Part shown: positions 52,395 to 62,665 of the stretch, piece after piece
Layout: the number at the start of each line of letters is the position of its first letter
Position numbering within the stretch: the stretch's first letter is position 1
Assembly: GCF_001194135.2 (NCBI RefSeq)
Contig: NC_068999.1
Coordinates: 45,488,192-45,552,191, forward strand
Origin: Octopus bimaculoides
Taxonomy: Eukaryota
Reading direction: 5' to 3'
Length of the DNA stretch: 64,000 nucleotides
Made by a program: the position numbers and the translations under genes
Notes under the pieces: model-generated
What the model was told of the DNA's origin: nothing
Database searches by the model: none
What the model saw: the letters and a program-made list of their open reading frames with translations, nothing else

Positions 52395-53112
52395 CTCCAG
52401 CATGGCCCCAGTCAAATGACTGAAACAAGTGAAAGAATAGGTGCAGGAGTGGTTGTGTGGTAAGAAGCTTGCTTCTCAACTACATCGTTCCGGGTTCAGT
52501 CCCACTGCATGACACCTTTGGCAAATGTCTTTTATTAAAGCTTCGAGTCAACCAAAGATTTGTGAGTGGATTTGGTAGACGGAAACTGAAAGAAGCCCGT
52601 CAAATGTATGTATGTATATGTGTGTGTGTATGTGTGTGTATGTATGTATTTGTGTATCTGTGTTTTTCTGTGTTTTCCCCCCAACCATCACTTGACAACC
52701 AATGTTGGGGTGTTTACGTCCCTGTAATCATAGAAGTTCAGCAAAAGAGACCAACAGAATAAGTACTAGGCTTACAAAGAATAAGTCCTGGGGTCAATTT
52801 GTTCGACTAAAGGCGGTGCTCCAGCATGGCCGCAGTCAAATGACTGAAACAAGTAAAAGAATAAAAGAATGTGTGTGCGTATGTGTGTGTGTGTGTGTGT
52901 GTGTGTGTTTGTCCTCTACCCCCTGTTGGCAACTGGTGTTAATGTGGTTCACATCCCCATAACTTAGCAGTTCAGCAAGAAAGGATCGATAGAATTAATA
53001 CCAGGCTTCAGACAATAAGCACTGGGATCGATTCATTCAACTAAAAATGTTCTTCAAAGCGGTGCCCCAGCATGGCCACAGTCTATTGACGGAAACAAGG
53101 AAAAGATAAAAG
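52395..53112 (+). mobile_element. Tandem family B SINEs (3' end, full-length copy, 3' half)
   Basis: CAGCATGGCC(C/G)CAGTC..ACTG 3' ends at about 52410, 52835 and 53080; full copy at 52441-52870. Confidence 0.88.
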
Positions 53113-53469
53113 ATAGTCCTGGATACACCATTTCTAAACTGAAGTAAAAAGACATGATGGTCATAATTGGAACACCTTTGATCACAGGTCTATTCAATTG
53201 GAGGTAATTTGGACCTAAACATCGACTTCTCTATTCTCGTTTAAATTGGATAAGTTTTGAAATGAAGTGATCTTTTTATTGCTTTTACTCGTAACAATGG
53301 CTTTGTTAAGAGTTTATTTTTAAACAGACAGAGAAACCATATTAGTCCGTTTCCATAGAGTCAAGGAAATGTTGTACATCTTGCCAAAATGATCAAACAG
53401 AAACATCTGCAATGAATTTATGGGTCACAGTTGAATTACATTTAGTATCCATTTCTTTGTCTCGTTGTC

Positions 53470-53890
53470 CGCCTTTCCATCTGTCCATCTGTCTGTCCTT
53501 CCATCTGTTCATATATAGATCTGTCCATCTGTCTGCTCATTTGTCCGCCTATCCTTCCATCTGCCATCTGCCTGTCCATTCCGTCATTTCATCTATCCAT
53601 CTGTCCATCTGTCTGCTCATTTGTCCGCCTATCTTTCCATCTGTCCATCTGTCTGTCCATTCCGTCCATCTGTCTGTCCATTCCGTCCATCTGTCTGTCC
53701 ATTCCGTCATTTCATCTATCCATCTGTCCATCTGTCTGCTCATTTGTCCACCTATCTTTCCATCTGTCCATCTGTCTGTCCATTCCGTCCATCTGTCTGT
53801 CCATTCCGTCATTTCATCTATCCATCTGTCCATCTGTCTGCTCATTTGTCCACCTGTCCTTCCAGCTGTCCATCTATCTGTCCATTCCGT
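53470..53890. repeat. 81-bp higher-order repeat built from TCCATCTG octamers with a variable 21-bp subunit
   Basis: Four 81-bp units, with CATCTGTCTGTCCATTCCGTC present 1, 3, 2 and 1 times. Confidence 0.9.
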
Positions 53891-54204
53891 CTGTTCATAT
53901 ACACATTTGTCCATCTTTCTGCATGTCTGCCCACCAACCTACTGCTTCACTTACATAATTACCTACAGGCTTATGGAACAATCCATGCGCATACCCGCTT
54001 ACTTACCCTTCCCCTTATCTAGCTACATATCAATCTACCTACCAACTCATATACTAACTTACCTATGTACCTGCCTACATACCAACCTACCTGTTAACTT
54101 ACAAAACTACTCTTCTACTTACCCACCACTCTACCCACATCCTTATCGACAAACACACCTAACTTCCTACCAACCTACCTATCTATATACCTACCTGATG
54201 TAGT

Positions 54205-54395
54205 CACAGCTTCACTGGATAAGGTCATGTAGTTTGCATGTCAGATCACCAGTTCCCAAAGAAACCATGACATGACGAGCTCCAACAAGGCAAATTATTC
54301 CAGGGAGACCAAAAAAGCATTTTAAAGACACCATAAAAACTTCTCCAAAGTCCTTCAGCATCAGCTATGTCACAGGGGAGCTGATTGTTCAGGAC
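54205..54395 (+). pseudogene. RTE/BovB-like LINE ORF2 C-terminal fragment (frameshifted)
   Basis: QLHW[fs]GHVVCMSDHQFPKKP*HDELQQGKLFQGDQK[fs]KHFKDTIKTSPKSFSI... matches the RTE-BovB motif LRW.GHV.RM.D.R.PK...YGEL..GKR..GGQKKRFKDTLK.SLK.F.I. Confidence 0.8.
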
Positions 54396-54646
54396 ATTAT
54401 TATTATTATTATTATTATTCAGGTCACTGCCTGGAATTGAACTCGGAATCTTGGGGTTAGTAGCCTGCACTCTTAACTGTTGTGCCAATAATAACATAGA
54501 AAAATACCTTAGGAATGAGAACCCCGGTTCGAAATTTCCCCCAAGACACCTGATGAAGGCTGGAGGGTATATCAGCCGAAATATTGTGTTAACAACAAAC
54601 AAGACGAGGACAAATATCCGTCAAATGTAAATAATGTAAATAATGT
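54396..54646. mobile_element. Composite non-autonomous element: (TTA)n, tRNA-like head (minus), body with hammerhead ribozyme (plus), (GTAAATAAT)n tail
   Basis: Reverse complement of 54420-54488 has an A-box-like TGGCACAACAGTTAAG and a B-box GAGTTCAATTCC; hammerhead core at 54545-54590; tail AATGTAAATAATGTAAATAATGT. Confidence 0.65.
54545..54590 (+). ncRNA. Minimal type I hammerhead ribozyme (Penelope-like-element type)
   Basis: Stem I GACAC(54545-49)/GTGTT(54586-90); core CUGAUGA (54550-56) plus an extra A; stem II GGCUG/CAGCC with a 10-nt loop; GAAA (54578-81); loopless palindromic stem III (ATAT); predicted cleavage after 54585. Confidence 0.7.
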
Positions 54647-54968
54647 CTCACACATTTGTTTAACAGAACCTATTCTCACATACGCTTCCACAACTTGCAT
54701 TCTCTCTGCTATTGAGTACATCATCTCGCAGAAAAAGTTAGAGATGTTCACCAACACAATCTTACAATCAACTAATGAGATGAGGATGCGGTGAAGATTG
54801 CAAACAGTCAACTAGTGCGCCATCTTTTTCCAGCGATTACAAGCAGTCAGAATAACACGATGACACTTGCAAACAAAAGGCTGGGTGGTCTTTTTTTGTG
54901 GATAAATACATTTCTATATTTACACCATGCTACAAAACCAAGGATACTTTTTTGTGCACTACCCTGTA
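54646..54968 (-). mobile_element. Tc1/mariner (ITm) element left end with transposase N-terminus, interrupted
   Basis: TA + CAGGGTAGTGCACAAAAAAGTATCC TIR at 54968; MMYSIAERMQVVEAYVRIGSVKQMCE from 54724 resembles DUF4817-type HTH N-termini (M.YT..ER.FIVE.Y....S). Confidence 0.7.
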
Positions 54969-55391
54969 TTAAATGTGCTAAACAATGATAACATTTGATA
55001 TGATGTATGTTGAGATGTAGACGAAGACAATGTTATTTGTCATTTGTGAAGAAGATTGTTTGTATGGAAGCAGGTGTTAATCATTTCTTTGAGCCAAGAA
55101 TTTAATTAAAGGTAAATGTTGGTGCTTAGTTTCTTTTGGTGGCCTGTGAGAGGTGATTATGTTGCAAAGATGATCATTCTAGGCTTTGTTTCATGATAAT
55201 ACACCAACTAGATTTCAAAATGACTCTGAACAGAAATTGGTTTTCATCGGAATCATTTACAGATCAAAGTCATCATCATGTCCATTGTCTTCATCACCAC
55301 CATCATCGTCACTGTAATCATTATCATCATCATCATCAGTATCATTGTTGTTGTCATATAGCATCTTGATCATCATAATGTCTCTTTCCAT

Positions 55392-55600
55392 TATCATCAT
55401 CATCATCAACGTTTTCACATCCATTTTCCATGCCAGCATGGGTTAGGTATTTTGGCAGGATCCAACAATTCAGGGGGACAGCATCTTGCTCCGGTGTCAG
55501 TTTTGGCATGGTGTCTAAGGCTTCACGCCCTTCCTAATGCCAACCACTTTAAAAAGTGTAGTCGGTGTTGTTTCCATGGCATCAACACTAGTGAGGTTGC
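55392..55600 (-). mobile_element. Family E copy, degenerate
   Basis: (CAT)n ... TTTTCCATGCCAGCATGGGTT ... GCCCTTCCTAATGCCAACCACT. Confidence 0.75.
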
Positions 55601-56263
55601 CGTGTAAAGAGCCCCTCCCCTCAACTAATGGGGTTGATAAGGGATGGAATGATTTGCTTTACGCAAGGTGTTGAGAGATTAAACAATTACAGGAGGAGCA
55701 AGTTTATTGCGGGGGGGGGGGGGGAGACTCATGGCTATCTTGTATTTTAAATGGGTGGGCAGAGTGGTTCCACAAAGAGAGGAAAATATGGTAAAAAGGT
55801 GCCGTAAGGTAACCTCAAGGTAACGCATGTCTAAGAAGATGAGGGAAACAGAAGGGTCAGAAAGGCTGGACAAGGCTGCAAGTGTGTGTTGTACTGGAGT
55901 GTGAAGGACTGATGCAATACAGAAATGACCAAAGCCTCATCATGGCTGGTCACTTTGGTAGACTTTGGCAGACTTGCTGTGGAACAATATGCCTATAAGA
56001 ATAAAAGAAAATGTAACATTAATGGCTTATTAAGAAGTTCACTCTGTAGTTTTGTTGTTCTGGGTTCAATTCCATGGCTTAACACTTTCGGTGAGTGACA
56101 TTTTGATAAATAGGAACTGATGTGGAAACCCATCTCATAAGTATATCTATCTACGTATCTCTCTGTCTATCTATCTATCTATCCGTCTATCTATCTATCT
56201 ATCCATCCATCCATCCATGAGTATGTGTGTGTGTATATATATATATGTATATGTATATATATT

Positions 56264-56304
<41 letters not shown>

Positions 56305-56587
56305 GTGCATGATAAAAAAAATTTGCTACCCAATAACATAGTTCTGGGTTCAATTCCACCACATGCCACCTTGGACAAATGTCTTCTACTATAGCCCAGG
56401 CCAACCAAAGCCTTCAGATTGGATTTGGTAGATGGAAACTGAAAGAAGCTTGTCATATGTGTGTGTGTGTGTGTGTGTGTGTGAGTGAGTCTGTGTACAT
56501 GCACACACATACACACACACATTACTCTCTTTTCTCCCAACCCCTAGTCATGGTGGGGTCTTGTCCTGCGGGTCACTTGATCTCACT

Positions 56588-56772
56588 GTGGTGCCACATA
56601 AAATGATCCAGTATTCTCTATAAAATGGTCGGCATTAGGAAGGGTATATAACCATAGAAATCGTGCCAAAGCGAACAGCAGGGATTGGTGCAGTCTTCTG
56701 GTTTGCCAGATCCTGTCAAACCGTCCAACCCATACCAGCATGGAAGACGGATGCTGGACGATGATGACAATG
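56588..56772 (+). mobile_element. Family E copy, degenerate
   Basis: GGCATTAGGAAGGGTAT...CCGTCCAACCCATACCAGCATGGAAGACGGATG + GATGATGAC. Confidence 0.75.
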
Positions 56773-56778
56773 AATGTG

Positions 56779-56824
<46 letters not shown>

Positions 56825-56857
56825 CATACATACATATATCTATATATNNNNNNNNNN

Positions 56858-56902
<45 letters not shown>

Positions 56903-57410
56903 CATACAGAACCAGTCAAGCACCAACATTGCTATGTTGGAATTTAATTGACTAATATATATATATACACATATATAAAGTGTATACAGCTGTGAAGTTA
57001 CTCATGTATGTATATTATATAACACACACATATTACGTGACAATATAACACTATACAACTATACATGTACGTTAATGTTTGAATGTCTTTACACTTTTAA
57101 GAAGAAAAGTTGATACAAAAAGGAAATGAATTTGACAGAATGGTAAATTTTTTTTTTTTTTTTGGCACCTCATATATTCCTGCATCTCTGTGACTCTTTA
57201 AGATGTGAAGTTTTAAAAACGTGACTATAATTTGGTATTTATGATGTTCATGAAGTTTTACAGGTTTGCAGATTTTAATTTTTATTGTTAGCATTAAAAG
57301 TATGCAAAAATGGTCCAAATTCTTCATGTTTTAGCTGTTCCTCGTACAATAAAGTGTCAATGTTCTTGTCAGTGCTATCTTCTGGCGGTGTTTTGCATTT
57401 TAGTGCATAC

Positions 57411-57628
57411 TTGGTGTTTGGCAGAATCGTTGACATTCTGAATGAAATGCTGAGTGGTATTTCGCTTGTCGCTACGTTCTGAGTTCAAATTCCACTGAGG
57501 TCGACTTTGCCTTTCGTCCTTTCAGGGTTGATAAATTAAGTACCAGTTGTGTACTGGGGTTGATGTAATCAACTAGTCCCCACCCTGAAAATTTCAGACC
57601 TTGTGCCTATAATAGAAAGTACTATTAG
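57411..57628 (+). mobile_element. Family A SINE, near full length
   Basis: GGCAGAATCGTT...GAGTTCAAATTCCACTGAGGTCGACTTTGCCTTTCGTCCTTTCAGGGTTGATAAATTAAGTACCAG...CTTGTGCC. Confidence 0.85.
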
Positions 57629-57896
57629 TTCATTGATGATGTTGTCATTGTTGTTTAGCATCTGTTCAGCCCTAGTCATGCAAGGCCTGTGATCAAAAGA
57701 CATCCCAGCCATGTCCACCGTGTCCTCTTTTGGCATTATTCATGGCTATTTTGATGACATTATCCAAAGTAATAAATCCTCATATTCATGGAGAACAGCA
57801 GGAATCAAAACGATGACTTGTATACTTATTCTTAATGTTTCAACAGATTTGATCACAAATATGCTAATAACTGTTGCATACGTCACAGGAGAACAT

Positions 57897-58365
57897 CTTT
57901 ATTCTTTTATTCTTTTCAGTCATTTGACTGCAGCCATGCTGGAGCACCGCCTTTTAGTCGAACAAATCAACCGCAGGACTTACTCTTTGTAAGCCTAGTA
58001 CTTATTCTATTGGTCTCTTTTGCCGAACCGCTAAGCTATGGGGACATAACCACACTAGCATTGGTTGTCAAGCGATGGTGGGGGGACAAACACAGACACA
58101 CAAACACACATACATATATATATATGCATATATACGACAGGCCTCTTTCAGTTTCGTGTCTGTCTAATCCACTTACAAGGCTTTGGTCGGCTCGAGGCTA
58201 TAGTAGAAGACACTTGACCAATGTACCACGCAGTGGGACTGAACCCGGAACCATGTGGTTGGTNNNNNNNNNNAAGACACTTGACCAATGTACCACGCAG
58301 TGGGACTGAACCCGGAACCATGTGGTTGGTAAGCAAGCTACTTACCACACAGCCACTCCTGTGCC
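57897..58365 (-). mobile_element. Full-length family B SINE (57 bp duplicated across an N gap)
   Basis: Complete 3' stem-loop, body and head; 58207-58263 is repeated at 58274-58330. Confidence 0.9.
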
Positions 58366-59019
58366 TATGTCTATCTATCTATGTCTATCTATCTATCTAT
58401 TTATCTCTGTCTATCTATCTATCTATCTATCTATCTCCCCTTCCTCCCCCTGCCTTTTCTCTCTATCTTTTCCCCACCTTCCTCCCTCACATCTCTATCT
58501 ATCTCCCCTTCCTTCTCTCTCTCCCCTTTCTCCCTCCTTTTCTTTCTCACTCCCTCTCTCACCCATCCCTCTCTTTCTCTCTCTATTTCTTGTTCCCTTC
58601 CTCCNNNNNNNNNNNNNNNNNNNNNNNNNNNNNNNNNNNNNNNNNNNNNNNNNNNNNNNNNNNNNNNNNNNNNNNNNNNNNNNNNNNNNNNNNNNNNNNN
58701 NNNNNNNNNNNNNNNNNNNNNNNNNNNNNNNNNNNNNNNNNNNNNNNNNNNNNNNNNNNNNNNNNNNNNNNNNNNNNNNNNNNNNNNNNNNNNNNNNNNN
58801 NNNNNNNNNNNNNNNNNNNNNNNNNNNNNNNNNNNNNNNNNNNNNNNNNNNNNNNNNNNNNNNNNNNNNNNNNNNNNNNNNNNNNNNNNNNNNNNNNNNN
58901 NNNNNNNNNNNNNNNNNNNNNNNNNNNNNNNNNNNNNNNNNNNNNNNNNNNNNNNNNNNNNNNNNNNNNNNNNNNNNNNNNNNNNNNNNNNNNNNNNNNN
59001 NNNNNNNNNNNNNNNNNNN

Positions 59020-59051
<32 letters not shown>

Positions 59052-59352
59052 AAATGATAGAGATGTGTGTGTATTACTATTATTATTATTATTATTATTA
59101 TCTTATAAAGGCAGTGAGCTGGCAGAATTGTTAGCATGCCATCAGTTATCATGTAAAACATCATTACAATTTCACGCCTTTAATGATAATGTTATTCAAT
59201 TTCGGTGGCGTCAACAGTGAAAAGCTGTTGGGAATAGCAAGCGAACATTGAGGACAATGATGAAAACTGACACAAAACATAAATATAAATATACAAACGG
59301 AAAGATTTACAATATACAAACACAATAAAGGATGTGTGGTTCTGATATACAT

Positions 59353-60180
59353 AGGTGCAGGTGTGGTTGTGTGGTAGTTTGCCTCCATAGTTCCAGGTTC
59401 AATTCCTTTGCATGGCACCTTGAGTGTGGGTCTTCTACTATGGTCTCAACCCAGCCAAAGCCTTATAAGTGGATACTGAAAGAAGCTTGTTGTATATATA
59501 TATATATATATATATATATGCATTGATAATCAGTGTTGGGTTGGTGTCTTTTTTATGTCGCTGTAGCTTAGCAGTCCAGCAAAGAGAGACCAATGGAACA
59601 AGTACCCGGCTTAAAAAGAAAAAGAAATTTTGGGGGTTAATTTCTTCAACTAAATCATTGAAAATGGTGCCCCAGTGTGGCCACAGTCAAATGACTGAAA
59701 CAAGTAAAAGATGTGTGTGTGTGTGTGCATGTGTATTTTCATAGGCGCAGAGTGGATGTGTGGCGTAGATGCAGGAGTGGCTGTGTGGTAATTAGCTTGC
59801 CTACTAACCACATGGTTCCAGGTTCAGTCCCACTGCATGGCACCTTGAGTAAGTGTCTTCTACTTATAGCCTCAGGCCAACCAAAGCCTTGCGAGTGGAT
59901 TTGGTAGATGGAAACTGAAAGAAGCCCATTGTATATATGTGTGTATATGTGTGTGTCTGTGTACATGTTTGTTTGTCTAAGTTTGTCCTCCCCACCAACC
60001 ATTGCTTGACAACCGACGTTGGTGTATTTACATCCCCCGTAACTTAGCGGTTCGGCAAGAGAGACCGATAGAATAAGTCCTAGGCTTACAAAGAAATAAG
60101 TCCTGGGGTCGATTTGTTTGACTAAAGGCGGTGCTCCAGTATGGCCGCAGTCAAATGACTGAAACAAAATAAAAGAATAA
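59353..60180 (+). mobile_element. Two tandem family B SINEs (59353-59711 degenerate; 59771-60180 well conserved)
   Basis: Each has a head, the CCTTGAGT..GTCTTCTACT body, an internal microsatellite and a CAGTCAAATGACTG end. Confidence 0.88.
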
Positions 60181-60204
60181 ACGAATATAACCAAGACACA
60201 TGAA

Positions 60205-60270
60205 TATACACATACCATCATGTCTATATACACATACCATCATGTCTATATACACATACCATCATGTCTA
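60205..60270. repeat. 22-bp tandem repeat x3 (TATACACATACCATCATGTCTA)
   Basis: Direct reading. Confidence 0.95.
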
Positions 60271-60644
60271 CAAGTCTTAAGATGGCTGTTATGAACAAGT
60301 TATCGCTGTTTTCTTTTTATTGCGTTGATGAGTTGCCCTGGTAGACACCAACACAAAGCAAAATATTATTTAAAACTATTTTGATTTGAGCAGCTGTACT
60401 TTATCTCCCTCGTCTTAACTCCAACTTTCACTTTCATTATCGCCGTCATCATCATTGTAATGTTTCTACACAGCACCATCGTTACAATCATCATGTTAAA
60501 TGAAGTAAATATAAACGCTTGTAACAGTGTTAGATTAAGATAGTGTGTATAACCTTTTTATGATGTGTATACAAACATAAAATGGTTCTGGTTGTATTTT
60601 TATATCTCAGAGAAGCTTCTCAAAGAGGTCTCAATCTTTTGTCT

Positions 60645-61066
60645 TCCACTTATTTCAGACATTAGACTGCAGCCATGCTGAGACTCTGCTTTTACAGAAT
60701 ATTTAGTCGAACGAAACAGTCAGCCCCAGTGCTTGTTATTATTATTATTATCATTTTTTCCTTTTTTTTTTTTTCTAAAGCCTGGTACTTATTCTATCAA
60801 TCTCTTTTGCCAGACTGCTAAGTTATGGGGACATGAACACACCAACACCGGTTATCAAGTGGTGGTTGGGGATAAACACAGACATACACATATTTGACGG
60901 GCTTCTTTCAGTTTTCTGCTGACCAAATCCATCCGTCCATCCACAAGGTTTTGGTCTGCCTGAGGCTATAGTAAAAGATACTTGCCCAAGGTGGCATGCA
61001 GTGTGACTGAACCTGAAGTCATTTAGTTGGGATGCAAGCTTCTTAACACACAGCCATGCCTGCACC

Positions 61067-61068
<2 letters not shown>
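60645..61068 (-). mobile_element. Family B SINE, full length, diverged
   Basis: GACTGCAGCCATGCTG...GCTAAGTTATGGGGAC...TACTTGCCCAAGGTGGCATGCAG...CACACAGCCATGCCTGC. Confidence 0.85.
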
Positions 61069-61102
<34 letters not shown>

Positions 61103-61588
61103 NNNNNNNNNNNNNNNNNNNNNNNNNNNNNNNNNNNNNNNNNNNNNNNNNNNNNNNNNNNNNNNNNNNNNNNNNNNNNNNNNNNNNNNNNNNNNNNNNN
61201 NNNNNNNNNNNNNNNNNNNNNNNNNNNNNNNNNNNNNNNNNNNNNNNNNNNNNNNNNNNNNNNNNNNNNNNNNNNNNNNNNNNNNNNNNNNNNNNNNNNN
61301 NNNNNNNNNNNNNNNNNNNNNNNNNNNNNNNNNNNNNNNNNNNNNNNNNNNNNNNNNNNNNNNNNNNNNNNNNNNNNNNNNNNNNNNNNNNNNNNNNNNN
61401 NNNNNNNNNNNNNNNNNNNNNNNNNNNNNNNNNNNNNNNNNNNNNNNNNNNNNNNNNNNNNNNNNNNNNNNNNNNNNNNNNNNNNNNNNNNNNNNNNNNN
61501 NNNNNNNNNNNNNNNNNNNNNNNNNNNNNNCTGTTCTCCATGCTCCATGCTGCCTTGTGTCGGGCAGCTTGGCAAGCGCTGGCAAGCG

Positions 61589-61680
61589 CTGGAGGCTTAT
61601 GCCAAGCTGGAGGCTTATGCCAAGCTGGAGGCTTATGCCAAGCTGGAGGCTTATGCCAAGCTGGAGGCTTATGCCAAGCT
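61589..61680. repeat. Perfect 18-bp tandem repeat x5 (CTGGAGGCTTATGCCAAG) inside a family E remnant
   Basis: Direct reading; flanked by family E-like sequence (TTCTCCATGCT...; TTTGGCATG...TTCCTAATGCCAA). Confidence 0.95.
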
Positions 61681-62189
61681 CTGTTGTCTGTTTTGGCATG
61701 ATTTCTGTGTTTGGATGTCTTTCCTAATGCCAAGGTCTGATATAATATCAGTGAACCTTCATAGTGGATATGCAAACTTGACAAATTCCCCTATTTCTCC
61801 ATAGACACACACAACACACACACACACACATATGCACATAAGTACACATGTGTGTGTGTGCATGCATTGTGTGTGTGTACGTGTGTGTGTATGTGTGTGT
61901 GTCTGTATCTGTGTTTGTCCTCCACCACCACTTGACAGCCAGTGTTGATGTGCTTACGTTCTCGTAACTTAGTGGTTCAGCAAAAGACACTGATAGAATG
62001 TTTAATCATTAATCCCCAACACATTTTTGTCTCTCTCTCTCTCTCTCCATTTTTTCCCCTCTCAACCCTTTCTGTCGAAGAGCATAGACTCAAAATGTCA
62101 AACACTTTTCCATTTTTCTCAAGTGTAAAACTAATACAGCTGCTTGTTGTTCCCTCACCTGCCGTCATCTTTTGTTTCCTGTACCATTT

Positions 62190-62665
62190 GAACCAAGTGT
62201 CTTCTACTATAGCCTCAGGCTAACCAAAGCCTTGTGAGTGGATTCAGTAGACAGAAACTGAAAAAAAGCTCATCATGTGTGTGTGTCTTTGTAGCTGTTT
62301 TTGTCACCCCACTATTCTTTGACAACCGGTGCTGGTATGTTTACATCCCTGTAACTTACCAGTCTGCCAGAAAAGACTGATAGAATAAGTACCAGGCTTA
62401 AAAATGAGGTACTGGGATTGATTCATTCGAGTAAAGACTAAATATTCAAGGCAGTGCTCCAGCATGGCCACAGTTTCATAACTGTAACAAGTAAAAGATA
62501 AAAGACACAACAGGCTTCTTACAGTTTCTGTATAGCAAATCCACTCACAAGGCTTTGGTTAATTCGAGGCTTTAGTCGAAGACACTTGACTAAGGTATCA
62601 CAGCAGGGGATTGAACCTGGACTGCAACCATGTGATTAGGAAGTGAGTTTTTAACCACTCAGCCA
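62190..62665. mobile_element. Family B SINE (+, about 62190-62505) followed by an inverted family B 5' half (-, about 62510-62665)
   Basis: CAAAGCCTTGTGAGTGGATT on plus and AATCCACTCACAAGGCTTTG about 300 bp later. Confidence 0.8.

Noticed and set aside
53412-54203. 263-aa ORF with 27-aa repeats as a real protein
   Set aside because: Fully explained by an 81/21-bp tandem repeat that also opens other frames on both strands.
58207-58330. 57-bp direct duplication within a SINE
   Set aside because: Identical copies flank a 10-N gap, the signature of an unmerged contig overlap.
61589-61680. CRISPR-like array
   Set aside because: The repeats are contiguous with no spacers, there are no cas genes, and the context is eukaryotic. 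The same applies to the 17-bp and 22-bp arrays.
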